Assembly: GCA_032718475.1 (NCBI GenBank)
Contig: JAUCBJ010004803.1
Coordinates: 1 to 49,123 of the forward strand
Direction: 5' to 3'
DNA length: 49,123 nt
Source of the DNA: Nemertoderma westbladi
Lineage: Eukaryota; Animalia; Xenacoelomorpha
The position numbers and the translations under genes are program-made. Of the stretch, positions 24,905 through 36,959 are shown piece after piece (the stretch's first letter is position 1; every line of letters begins with the position of its first letter). Under the pieces are notes generated by a model. The model had not been told where the DNA came from and ran no database searches. It was given only the letters and a program-made list of their open reading frames with translations.

Positions 24905-27900
24905 CAATCTAACTAACCATCAATCTAACTAACAATCAATATAACTAATAATCAATATAATTAACTAACATTCAAACTAACCCTCAATCTAACTGACTAA
25001 CTGTCGAACGAATCATCAATTTCCTAACTATCATTCTAACTAAACATCAATCTAAAGGCCTGTTTACACGTGGCAACTTTTAGAGCAACTTTCTCGGCAA
25101 CCAGCACCTTTTTTTGGAGCAACTTAATTTAATCGCTGTTTACACGTGACAACTTTACCAGCAACTTTACCAGCAACTTGGCCGGCAACTTTTAGAGCAA
25201 CTTGGCTAGTTTGACTGTAAAATAGTGGGTCATTTTATCTACTAGCTAGTTTTTGATAATTTAATTTGATTAACCCGCTTTAATTCGCCAACGCAAATTC
25301 CTTAAAGTTGCCGTAAAAGTTGAACAACTTTTACAGCAACTTTTTTACGTGTTTACACGGAGCAACTTGATCGGCAACCTGGGTTGCTCTAAAAGATGCC
25401 GAGAAAGTTGCTCTAAAAGTTGCCACGTGTAAACAGGCCTTAACTAACCATCAATCTAACTAACAATCAATCTAACTAACAATCAATCTAACTAACCGTC
25501 AATCTAACTAACCATCAATCTAACTAACAATCAATCTAACTAACTATCAATATAACTAACTTTCTAACTAACCGTGAATCTAACTAACAATCAATCTAAC
25601 TAACCGTCAATCTAACTAACAATCAATCTAACTAACCATCAATCTAACTAGCCATCAATCTAACTAACCATCAATCTAACTAACAATCAATCTAACTAAC
25701 TTTCTAACTAACCATGAATCTAATTAACAGTCAATCTAACTAGCCGTCAATCACACTAACAATCAATCTAACTAACTTTCTAACTAACCATTAATCTAAC
25801 TAACAATCAATCTAACTAACTATCATTCTAACTAAACATCAATCTAACTAACCAACGATCTAACTAACCGTCATTCTAACTAAACATCATTCTAACTAAC
25901 CATGAATATAACTAACAAACAATCTAATCTAACTAACATTCTAACTAACCGTCAATCTAACTAACTTTCTAACTAACCATTAATCTAACTAACAATCAAT
26001 CTAACTAACTATCATTCTAATTAAACATCAATCTAACTAACCAACAATCTAACTAACCGTCATTCTAACTAAACATAAATCTAACTAACTTTCTAACTTA
26101 CCATCAATCTAACTAACAATCAATCTAACTAACAATCAATCTAACTAACTTTCTAACTAACCGTCAATCTAACTAACAATCAATCTAACTAACTTTCTAA
26201 CTAACCATGAATCTATCTAACAATCAATCTAACTAACTATTATTCTAACTAAACATCAATCTAACTAACCGTGAATCTAACTAACAATCAATCTAACTAA
26301 CCGTCAATCTAACTAACAATCAATCTAACTAACCATCAATCGAACTAACCATCAATCTAACTAACCATCAATCTAACTAACAATCAATCTAACTAACTTT
26401 CTAACTAACCATGAATCTAACTAACAATCAATCTAACTAACCGTCAATCACACTAACAATCAATCTAACTAACCGTCAATCACACTAACAATCAATCTAA
26501 CTAACTTTCTAACTAACCATTAATCTAACTAACAATCAATCTAACTAACTATCATTCTAACTAAACATCAATCTAACTAACCAACGATCTAACTAAACGT
26601 CATTCTAACTAAACATCAATCTAACTAACCATGAATATAACTAACAAACAATCTAATCTATCTAACATTCTAACTAACCGTCTAACTAACTTTCTAACTA
26701 ACCATTAATCTAACTAACAATCAATCTAACTAACTATCATTCTAACTAACACATCAATCTAACTAACCAACAATCTAACTAACCGTCATTCTAACTAAAC
26801 ATAAATCTAACTAACTTTCTAACTTACCATCAATCTAACTAACAATCAATCTAACTAACTTTCTAACTAACCGCCAATCTAACTAACTTTCTAACTAACC
26901 ATTAATCTAACTAACAATCAATCTAACTAACTATCATTCTAACTAAACATCAATCTAACTAACCAACGATCTAACTAGCCGTCATTCTAACTAAACATCA
27001 ATCTAACTAACCATGAATATAACTAACAAACAATCTAATCTAACTAACATTCTAACTAACCGTCAATCTAACTAACTTTCTAACTAACCATCAATCTAAC
27101 TAACAATCAATGTAACTAAATAACATTCTAACTAACCATAAATATAACTAACAATCAATATAACGAACTATTAATCTAACTAACAATCAATCTAACTAAC
27201 CATCAATCTAACTAACAATCAATCTAACTAACTATTAATCTAACTAACCGTCAATCTAACTAACAATCAATCTAACTAACCATCAATCTAACTAACAATC
27301 AATCTAACTAACTATTAATCTAACTAACAATCAATCTAACTAACTAACATTCTAACTAACAATCAATCTAACTAACAATCAATCTAAATATCTATTAATC
27401 TAACTAACAATCAATCTAACTAACTAACATTCTAACTAACAATCAATTTAACTAACCATCAATCTAACTAACCATCAATCTAACTAACAATCAATCTAAC
27501 TAACCATCAATCTAACTAACAATCAATCTATCTAACTTTCTAACTAACCATCAATCTAACTAAGTATTAATCTAACTAACAATCAATCTAATAACTACTA
27601 ATTTAACTAACAATCTAACTAACTAACATTCTAACTAACAATCAATCTAACTAACCATCAATCTAACTAACCATCAATCTAACTAACTATTAATATAACT
27701 AACAATCAATCTACTAACTATTAATATAACTAACAATCTAACTAACTAACATTCTAACTAACAATCAATCTAACTAACCATCAATCTAACTAACCACCAA
27801 TCTAACTAACCATCAATCTAACGAACCATCAATGTAACTAACAATCAATCTAACTAACCATCAATCTAACTAACCATCAATATAACTAACAATCTAACTA

Positions 27901-28003
27901 ACCATCAATGTAACTAACAATCAATCTAACTAACTAACATTCTAACTAACCATGAACATAACTAACAATCAATCTAACTAACTAACATTCTAACTAACCA
28001 TCA
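24905..28003. repeat. 16-bp G-poor minisatellite (TCAATCTAACTAACMA) with 12-bp variants and higher-order blocks
   Basis: Direct periodicity over about 3.1 kb. Confidence 0.95.
25056..25440. mobile_element. PIF/Harbinger (Tourist-like) MITE, 385 bp
   Basis: Perfect TIRs of about 44 bp (AGGCCTGTTTACACGTGGCAACTTTTAGAGCAACTTTCTCGGCA). TAA target duplication at 25053-25055 and 25441-25443. Confidence 0.92.
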
Positions 28004-28709
28004 TGAATATTAAAAATATTGTATCCGATTCAATGTGGTGTTTTTGGACATGTGCCAATGCCCAAGTAGCACCAAATATCCAAGTTGCACGTATTTAGTA
28101 AACACAATTCATTTGCGAATCAACCTGATTTCGTGGCCTTGTGAGTTTTATGTGCAACTGAATTCGTATAAGACACTATGTGCCAATGTGACACGAAAAA
28201 TACTAAAGTCGTACAAATTGATTATTTAAATTGATATTTTTAACAAGTTTTATCGTAAATTGGCGACCTCGAAAACCCCTGTAGCTTCAGAATTATCCAA
28301 CAAAATTCAATTTTATGCTACTTGTATTTTTGTCCTACCAGACAAGCACTAAAAACAATAGCTGCGATACCATGAAAATTTGTATCGTTAGCCAAAATCT
28401 AAAAATTTTCTAATAAAATTTTCTTCTGGTTAATCATCTGACGAACCCGCTACTGTAACCTTCTCCTTTCCTATAATTATTATTATTACCGGACTAAACG
28501 CGTCCGGCGGCTATCGGCTATATATAATAGGACCTTCAATTCTCTCTTAAGAAAGCCACCCCTTTGCTATGAAAGGAACTAAACAATATTAAAAATTTAT
28601 TCGAATAAACACGTTTATATGAATTAAAGGCCGGTTACTTGGTTACTTGTTCAATAATGTATCTGGTAGTATAAAATAATTAAAGTACTTAGAATTAATC
28701 TAGTTTTTT

Positions 28710-29915
28710 TTACTTTCTTTTTATTTTCATTGAAACGCTTTCGAGATGATATTTATACAGTTTTTTGTCCAATTTGCCCCGGTAGTTGAGCAATGTAATG
28801 TTGTATGATTCATGACCATCGTCCCTAATTCCATTCAAGTTTCCACAATTTCTCTTGATCTTTGATATTTCGCATCCGGTCCACCAGTTACCATAAACCT
28901 TCTCGCAATCACTCCCACACTCCTTGCAGTTATACGATGCGAATGGAGATCCTTTGAATTCATTTAAGAAATTTTCTGAGCTAAGATTATCGGCGTTGTC
29001 TTTATTAAAACCGCCTATCTTCAATTGGTATCCTTTTTTGGCGCCTCGAACGCGGAAACTGGAATACAACCAGCTGTGGTTACTGTTGTTACACACACCT
29101 TTCCAGCCTTCTCTTTTCATTGTCTTATTTGTATGAAATGAGAAAGACCCGTTATTCAGATTCCTTCCCCACGCATCACAAATTCCATCAATCCGAAGCT
29201 CAACATCATCATCTTTCGTAAGTTTAACTAAATTCTCTAAACCAATCCAATACCCGTAATCAGACCGGAATCCGTCTATGTATCTGGTATCATCGCATTT
29301 TGTATCGAATTCCGAAGTCGAATTCTTTTTCCGTTGCCTTCTCTGAATAACTAACCATCCGTCTTCACATTCGATCACATCCTTTGGACCGACACCGAAA
29401 GGGGAACCGGTGACTATTCCGTTACGTTTCCCATCAGCACAAGGAATGTCTGATTTCCGCTTCAAGTACGTTAGTATTAAGTTTACCAACCCCGCAAACG
29501 TAGCCACATTGGTCATAATAAGGGTAATAAGTACAAAGACCAACCAGAACTTCCTTGTCTTTAGTATTCCTACTATCTTTATCTTTAATAAAACCATTGC
29601 AGGTTCTCCAGTTGTTTTACTATTGGTAAACATTCCTAGAATCTTTTTCTTTAACGAAATCACTTCAGGTTCTTCCGTTGTTTTACTATCGGTATCATCA
29701 GCCTTAATGTCGTTACAATCCATATCATTAGATTTATTATCCGCATTGTTACCTTCATCCTCCCCCTGATCCCCAACCGTTGAATCATTATCTTTATTCT
29801 CCAGTTCGTTCCATTCATTCTCAGCTTTCTCCCTTTGATTAATGGTAGTAGGACTGTGGCAGTATCGCCGTAATGCTGGGCTTACAGTTACAGAAGGTTC
29901 ACACTGTTTATCCAT
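28710..29915 (-). CDS. Intronless type II transmembrane fibrinogen C-terminal domain (FReD) protein, 401 aa
   Basis: Acidic N-terminus, hydrophobic span FWLVFVLITLIMTNVATFAGLVNLIL, then FBG motifs GWLVIQRR, Y.DGF, YWIGLENL..LT, ELRID, GYQLKIGGF, GNWW..C, NLNG and terminal VSMKIK. Confidence 0.88.
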   Translation of the reverse strand: MDKQCEPSVTVSPALRRYCHSPTTINQREKAENEWNELENKDNDSTVGDQGEDEGNNADNKSNDMDCNDIKADDTDSKTTEEPEVISLKKKILGMFTNSKTTGEPAMVLLKIKIVGILKTRKFWLVFVLITLIMTNVATFAGLVNLILTYLKRKSDIPCADGKRNGIVTGSPFGVGPKDVIECEDGWLVIQRRQRKKNSTSEFDTKCDDTRYIDGFRSDYGYWIGLENLVKLTKDDDVELRIDGICDAWGRNLNNGSFSFHTNKTMKREGWKGVCNNSNHSWLYSSFRVRGAKKGYQLKIGGFNKDNADNLSSENFLNEFKGSPFASYNCKECGSDCEKVYGNWWTGCEISKIKRNCGNLNGIRDDGHESYNITLLNYRGKLDKKLYKYHLESVSMKIKRK

Positions 29916-31827
29916 TTTTAGTTATATTTCCGATAAAAATATATCAGTAAAGCTTAAAGTAAGTTCTAAATAATTCCTAGCTTTTTGGCAAATTCCGGAA
30001 TATAACCTAGTTCAGAAACCATATCAATTATTATTACGATTATTATTATTATTACAATTAAATTAAATTAATTTTCAATTAAGGGAAAGGAGCATGTTAC
30101 AGTGGCACCAAACTAAAAAGTAAACCAGATGCAAACGCAGATGACAGGTAACATTTAATATTACAGAAACTACAACCCCCTTTAAATAGTTACAACCCTC
30201 CAGCAAAAGTTAGCTAAACGGAGGACAAGTAAGGGGCAACGACATTGGAACATCCCCTACAACCATATTAAACTTAAATGACATAAAGAACCATATTGCT
30301 TATTTAGAGATATTTGGCAATAAATATTATGAAGTACGCATGTGTAACAGTGAAGGAACAAATATGTTTATTTTCAATGGTTAAGAATAACAGAAGCAGA
30401 GGTAAAATAGATTCTACATTATGTTCTGTACAGTACACATGCCAGTCAGTCTATCTCTCTATATCTTTAACTATTCAATAGTGTGAACTGCGGGTAAGTC
30501 GCAAGTGGTCGGCTTACATACATATTGTATCATCATAGGTCTACAATAGACTATATGGAGGGTCGCTAAAAGTCGCAAATCTTTATATCTAGACTATAGG
30601 TGGAGCCGACTTTGCCGACCAAATCGACTCTTCCGACCACCTCTTGGGTCATCTATAAAGGCGACTATTCGACCCATTGAACTGAGAGAAAATCGCAAGT
30701 GGTCGGCAGTTCGGCTTACATATGTCATCATAGGTCTACAATAGGCGACTATTCGACCCAGTGAACTGAGGGTAAGTCGCAAGTGGTCGGCAGTTCGGCT
30801 TACGGTGTTCGGACACTTCCCCCCCGAACACTTCCCCCCCGCTCAAATAGGACACTTCCCCCCTCCCCGGACACTTCCCCCCCCGGACACTTCCCCCCCG
30901 ACTGTTCCTAACTTCGCACATTCGTATTTTTCATTTTGTAAGGTAAACGGACCGCTTGTATCCAGACAAGTTGTATCCAATTTTCCTTTCGTAGCTCAGA
31001 AAGTGATCTTTTGCATCCCGATTTTACATCTTATATCATATCCAAGTTTTATTTATGGGTTTTATCAATGCAATTACATCGTATTGTTTGCTAATCTTTA
31101 AACAATTAATTATATGACCTATAAATTCCATCCCCCGAATGATATACTGTTTTTATTAACTATAGAATTATAATAATTAATTGTTTTAATTATAGGTATT
31201 ATTATGGAATAGTCTTCTTCAAATTGTAGCAGATGGGGATGAATATTATTGTTGCAATCAAAATTATACCTCTCCAGGGTAAAATCGACATGCGTCGACC
31301 TGTATTCTGTGTTCAGCATTACATATTGATATACATATTACTATACACGAAGTGGGGCCTTCGCGCAGCACGTGACTTAAATTTAATTTAAGTACTAATT
31401 CGAAAGTATTACTGTATTAGCAAATTTTAAGCAGATTTCGCCTAATCACTTTTTACCTCTTTCATTTCTATTCAGACATTTCTGACTCTAGCGGTATAGT
31501 GAGAACTGAAGATGGATTAGGGTCTCCAGCCCCACAAAGACACAGCCTATGGATGAATAGTACATACGTACATCGGCCAAGTTTCATCTTGAATAACGGA
31601 TAACGAAATGAGAGACGGATCTCACTTTCAGAAATTTTGTCGTATAGCGGCAGACCGATTAAATCTCCCCCCCCCCCCCCCCCCACAAAGACGCAGCATG
31701 TGGTCCAGAATATATGGCAAGATTCAGCTTAAACTGATTAAAATCAATGAGACGGGAGAATCTATTCACTTTCAGGCATAAAGTAGTCCTATAGCGGGTG
31801 ACTGTTGAACTGATTTTCAACAAAACA

Positions 31828-33576
31828 AATTTTCAACTTGGCAGCTTTAAATTCGACAAAGTTATAAGCATGTCAATATCATAACGACGACAACGATTTC
31901 ACTTTCAGACATTTGGCCCTCTAGCGGCAGACTGGAGAACTGCAGATGGATTCGCCTCCTTTGAAAGTCACAGCTAATGGTCTAATACATATCTGCCAAG
32001 TTTCAGCTTAAACGGATTAAAAGCAAAGAAATGGGAGGGCATTTAATGTTTAGACATGTGGCCCTCTAGCGGGAGACCATTGCACTGATGGTGTCTGAAA
32101 GTCTCTCAAAAATCTCAACTTTAGCTCATATTGATACCTACAAATTTTCAACTTGGCAGCTTTAAATCCGACAAAGTTATTAGCATGTCAAAATCGTAAC
32201 GACGACAACGATTTCACTTTCAGACCTTTGGCCCTCTAGCGGCAGACTGGAGAACTGCAGATGGATTCGCCTCCTTTGAAAGTCACAGCTAATGGTCTAA
32301 TACATATCTTCCAAGTTTCAGCTTAAACGGATTAAAAGCAAAGAAATGGGAGGGCATTTAATGTTTAGACATGTGGCCCTCTAGCGGGAGACCATTGCAC
32401 TGATGGTGTCTGAAAGTCTCTCAAAAATCTCAACTTTTGCTCATATTGATACCTACAAATTTTCAACTTGGCAGCTTTAAATCCGACAAAGTTATTAGCA
32501 TGTCAAAATCGTAACGACGACAACGATTTCACTTTCAGACCTTTGGCCCTCTAGCGGCAGACTGGAGAACTGCAGATGGATTCGCCTCCTTTGAAAGTCA
32601 CAGCTAATGGTCTAATACATATCTGCCAAGTTTCAGCTTAAACGGATTAAAAGCAAAGAAATGGGAGGGCATTTAGTGTTTAGACATGTGGCCCTCTAGC
32701 GGGAGACCATTGCACTGATGGTGTCTGAAAGTCTCTCAAAAATCTCAACTTTTGCTCATATTGATACCTACAAATTTTCAACTTGGCAGCTTTAAATCCG
32801 ACAAAGTTATTAGCATGTCAAAATCGTAACGACGACAACGATTTCACTTTCAGATCTTTGGCCCTCTAGCGGCAGACTGGAGAACTGCAGATGGATTCGC
32901 CTCCTTTGAAAGTCACAGCTAATGGTCTAATACATATCTGCCAAGTTTCAGCTTAAACGGATTAAAAGCAAAGAAATGGGAGGGCATTTAATGTTTAGAC
33001 TTGTGGCCCTCTAGCGGGAGACCATTGCACTGATGGTGTCTGAAAGTCTCTCAAAAATCTCAACTTTTGCTCATATTGATACCTACAAATTTTCAACTTG
33101 GCAGCTTTAAATCCGACAAAGTTATTAGCATGTCAAAATCGTAACGACGACAACGATTTCACTTTCAGACCTTTGGCCCTCTAGCGGCAGACGGGAGAAC
33201 TTCAGATGGATTCGCCTCCTTTGAAAGTCACAGCTAATGGTCTAATACATATCTGCCAAGTTTCAGCTTAAACGGATTAAAAGCAAAGAAATGGGAGGGC
33301 ATTTAATGTTTAGACATGTGGCCCTCTAGCGGGAGACCATTGCACTGATGGTGTCTGAAAGTCTCTCAAAAATCTCAAGTTTTGCTCATATTGATACCTA
33401 CAAATTTTCAACTTGGCAGCTTTAAATCCGACAAAGTTATTAGCATGTCAAAATCGTAACGACGACAACGATTTCACTTTCAGACCTTTGGCCCTCTAGC
33501 GGCAGACCGGAGAACTGCAGATGGATTCGCCTCCTTTGAAAGTCACAGCTAATGGTCTAATACATATCTGCCAAGT
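31828..33576. repeat. 315-bp satellite-like array, left part (about 5.5 units)
   Basis: TTTGGCCCTCTAGCGGCAGAC recurs every 315 bp (about 31912, 32227, 32542, 32857, 33172, 33487). Confidence 0.96.
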
Positions 33577-34765
33577 TGTAAAAGCTTTTGCTGAATTGCC
33601 CGGTTATTTTTCCTTATTTTTCCCGTAAAATACTCTGTAGTTGGTTTAATAGGCGTAAGAGGCCGTATTATTGCTGTATCGGTGTTTTTAGAGGATCTAA
33701 GAGCTATTTCTTCCGTATGTGTACTGTGGAAGGCATAGTTGATGATTCTATGGCAATTCCGTGACGCAAAAGAAGCGAGATACTCTTGAACAGTAGTTAC
33801 TATGACGACGGTTAACAGCTGATATTCATACGTGTCGATTTTCTTTGTTCTACGGCATCTCTCAGTTCAGTCAACCAATCAGAGCGTTTTTATGGCTCTT
33901 GTACAGAAATTTCCGAGAAATCACGTAATGCATTATGGGCAGTGTTATCATTCAGTCCTGAGCCAAGGAAGAACGGCTTTGGAGTATTTTGTGCTTTTCT
34001 GCTTTAGCCTTACACTAGTAGGCTTAATTATAAGGACATATATCCGTTATCATAACATACCATACCTAATCAAACAACCTGTGCATACTTTTATATTGTT
34101 ATACTGCTATTTACTGTCGGTTCTTCATAATATGGTTGATGAATTATTATATTTGGAATAACAAGAAATAACCCCGAAAACCCAATATTCTTGATATACC
34201 GAAGGTAAGAGAGAAAGGTTACATATAACGATTGTGACTTATGTTAAAGTGGTTTGAAGTGAATCTAATGTTATTTGATAGACCCTACATGATTCGGTCG
34301 TGTTCCTTTTATATGTGACTAAAATCAGTGAAGATCGGCAGATCAGTGTGCAGTATTGTGCAGCATTGTGTATGAGTGAGACTGATAACGAAGCATTTCC
34401 TAAAGAATGCGCTATATATGTGAATTATAACTAAGCCATATCGTTGTGAGTAGTTTAAGTCATAACTCTGTTTATATAGATAGAGCGCCACGTCCTAAAG
34501 GAACTGTTAATATTCCCCGAAGGTGAATAATGTTGTCAGGGATTATATAATACTGTCAGTCGAATAATACATTAGGCTTACATAGCAATACGATTAAGCC
34601 GTCGAACCCAATCTCCCGGGTATATCCAACGGGTGAATGATCGCGCACAGATTGGTTTCAACTAGTGTAGTGAATCAAATACTTGTTAGAGGCTAAAGCG
34701 ATTTATTATCTAGAAGACATCCTAATTTGGCGGGTTAAACTGCCAAAGGTCTGAAAGCGCGAACA
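33577..34765 (+). repeat. 5' LTR (1189 bp)
   Basis: Matches 44939-46128. By eye only one 1-bp indel and two G/A substitutions. Contains a CCAAT box near 33876. Confidence 0.96.
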
Positions 34766-34804
34766 ATAACGGATATAGCTTCTTTATTGCAGTAAGCAAT
34801 AAAG
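34766..34804 (+). promoter_or_regulatory. Atypical primer-binding position plus stem-loop
   Basis: ATAACGGATATA (34766-34777) is the reverse complement of LTR 34039-34050. It is followed by the hairpin CTTTATTGC-AGTAA-GCAATAAAG (34782-34804). No TGG tRNA-type PBS. Confidence 0.55.
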
Positions 34805-35065
34805 TTGAAAGTACCGGTCAACCGGTAAACCTGAACCGGTACTGCGGTACGTCTGTAGGCCTGTAGGCTCAACTGTCCTAACCGGTACTTCCAGTACAGG
34901 TATAACAGTATTATTCGATTTTGATAGTTATAGACCGGTAGGCCTTAATAATTAATCAGGGAGGGCCCGCCCTGGTTTTTTATTGAGATTTTACTTATTT
35001 CTGTCAGTTTTATTTATTTGTAGGCCAATATTGAACAGAAGGCGTGTAAGCCTGATCAGATTGTA

Positions 35066-35630
35066 CAGATAATTTGTAGGCTTGACTGTTGGCTAACTGT
35101 TGATTAGGTCTGAACGGATTGCAGTGCATGTAGAGTGTATGTCCGATAAAGAACGGTTAGGAAGTAGGGGCAGCCATAGCTGTAAGGTAAACCCCCATCT
35201 AAAGAATAAGTCGTACTACTGGGTTAGAACGCATACTACTTAACCATTGCGGAGTCTGCATGTCCTGTGGTTTATTTAGGCCTGATAGGAGTCTGCCAGC
35301 GTTTGGTCTGTACTTTGTTTGTAGTCTGTACGGGTAGCGTATAATTTTATTTAGATAATTTGTAGGCTGGATAGTTGTCTGGCTGTTGTTGGGTTTGAAG
35401 AAATTTCGGTGTGTGTAGAGTGTATGTCCGATAAAGAACGGTTAGGAAGTAGGGGCAGCCATAGCTGTAAGGTAAACCCCCATCTAAAGAATAAGTCGTA
35501 CTACTGGGTTAGAACGCATACTACTTAACCATTTCGGAGTCTACATATACCGTAGTTTGTTTAGGCTTGATAGTAGTCTGTCAGTATTTGGTCTGCATTT
35601 TGTTTGAGTAGTTTGTACGCGTAGCGTAAT
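35066..35630. repeat. Two tandem copies of about 285 bp in the BEL 5' leader
   Basis: GTAGAGTGTATGTCCGATAAAGAACGGTTAGG at about 35130 and 35415. Confidence 0.9.
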
Positions 35631-36959
35631 ATTTATTATTCAGAGTTTATGCGATTATTCGCAACATTCATTCCCCAAGTTTATTCCTACAGTAATTGTG
35701 TTTGTTATACATACTGTTATAGTTAAACTAACCCCGGTACTACATCAGGGCTGCTCGGCGTAGGTAAAGACTGGAGATTTTGTGCTTTGGTCACTCCGGC
35801 AGATACCGTGGTTCTTTTAGCTGTTCAAGTATTTTTAACTACTAATTATTGTTGTACAAGTACTTGTACCTAATTTAGGGTTTAGTGTACAGTGCTTTCC
35901 GAAAGCAATTAGTGTGTAGGCAGTGTATTTGTGTTGTAATAGGCACGTTGGTTCTGGTAGACCTCGGTAATTAACTTCTAGGTAGGGACACTCCGTGATA
36001 CATAACGTAGTACCTATAGCGATACGGTTATAGGTCGTCAGGCGGTGGTATTTTCCTATCTGGACAGCGCAGTATATTTACTACTACTTATTATTTTCAA
36101 ATACCGTAGTAACCTGTCCGTTGTAATAACCAGATATTCTAACCCTTTGTTAGGCTGGTTAGTAAACTTCTTATAAAATTACCCTAAAAATTTGTATTTG
36201 TGTATTTGTAATTAAATTTTTGTGTTTATTTAGAGATTGTAATCTCAACCCGAATTGTACGTAATTTGTAGTATTAAGTAACTTAGGTAAATTAGAATTA
36301 TTTGTTTTAGTGTCCAACAAGTAGCACTCCACTGAGAGCGCACAGCTTATGTGTAGTGACTCCCCCAGAAATAATAACATTTATTTCAAACATTGACAAA
36401 ACCCATTAAACGGGTATATATATATTATAAATCAACTCAAACGATTTATAAATAGTAGGCCTGCCACATAACAATTAGGTCTCAATATCAGTTGGACTAC
36501 TGCTCAAATAACGGTAATAAAGTAAGTTAAAGTAACCAAGTAACCCTTAAAATTCAGAAATTCAATTATTTAAAATAATTGATATACCGGTATTTACGAT
36601 AGGCCTATTATATATTTATATACTTGTGCTGAAATGATACCGGTATTCTGTAATTAATTCTAGTCTGTAATTATACTTATATATATACATTATAGGTGTA
36701 AACTGCATACCGGTATTCACGATAGGCCTATTATATATTTATATATTTGTGCTAAAATTACCTACCGGTATTCTGTGATAAACTAGTCTGTAATAATACG
36801 TATATATACTATAAGCATACCGGTATACTAATATATTATATATAACGCTACACTGAGTAGCAGTATCGGTAATTAATTACTAGGCTAGCAGTTAATTCTG
36901 AATTACTAGACTTGCTTAGACTGTAATATAGCAGTAGGCATTCAACTGTGCAAACCAAC

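Noticed and set aside
24905-28003. Telomeric repeat
   Set aside because: CTAA-rich, but a 16-bp unit rather than (CCCTAA)n or (CCTAA)n, and interstitial between genes.
31828-33576. Hammerhead ribozyme (retrozyme) in the 315-bp unit at CTGATGGTGTCTGAAAG
   Set aside because: Lacks the conserved CUGANGA core and a stem II. No convincing flanking helices seen.
33832-34491. 109-aa and 60-aa ORFs duplicated at 45194-45854
   Set aside because: They lie within the LTRs, so the duplication reflects LTR identity. No recognisable protein features.
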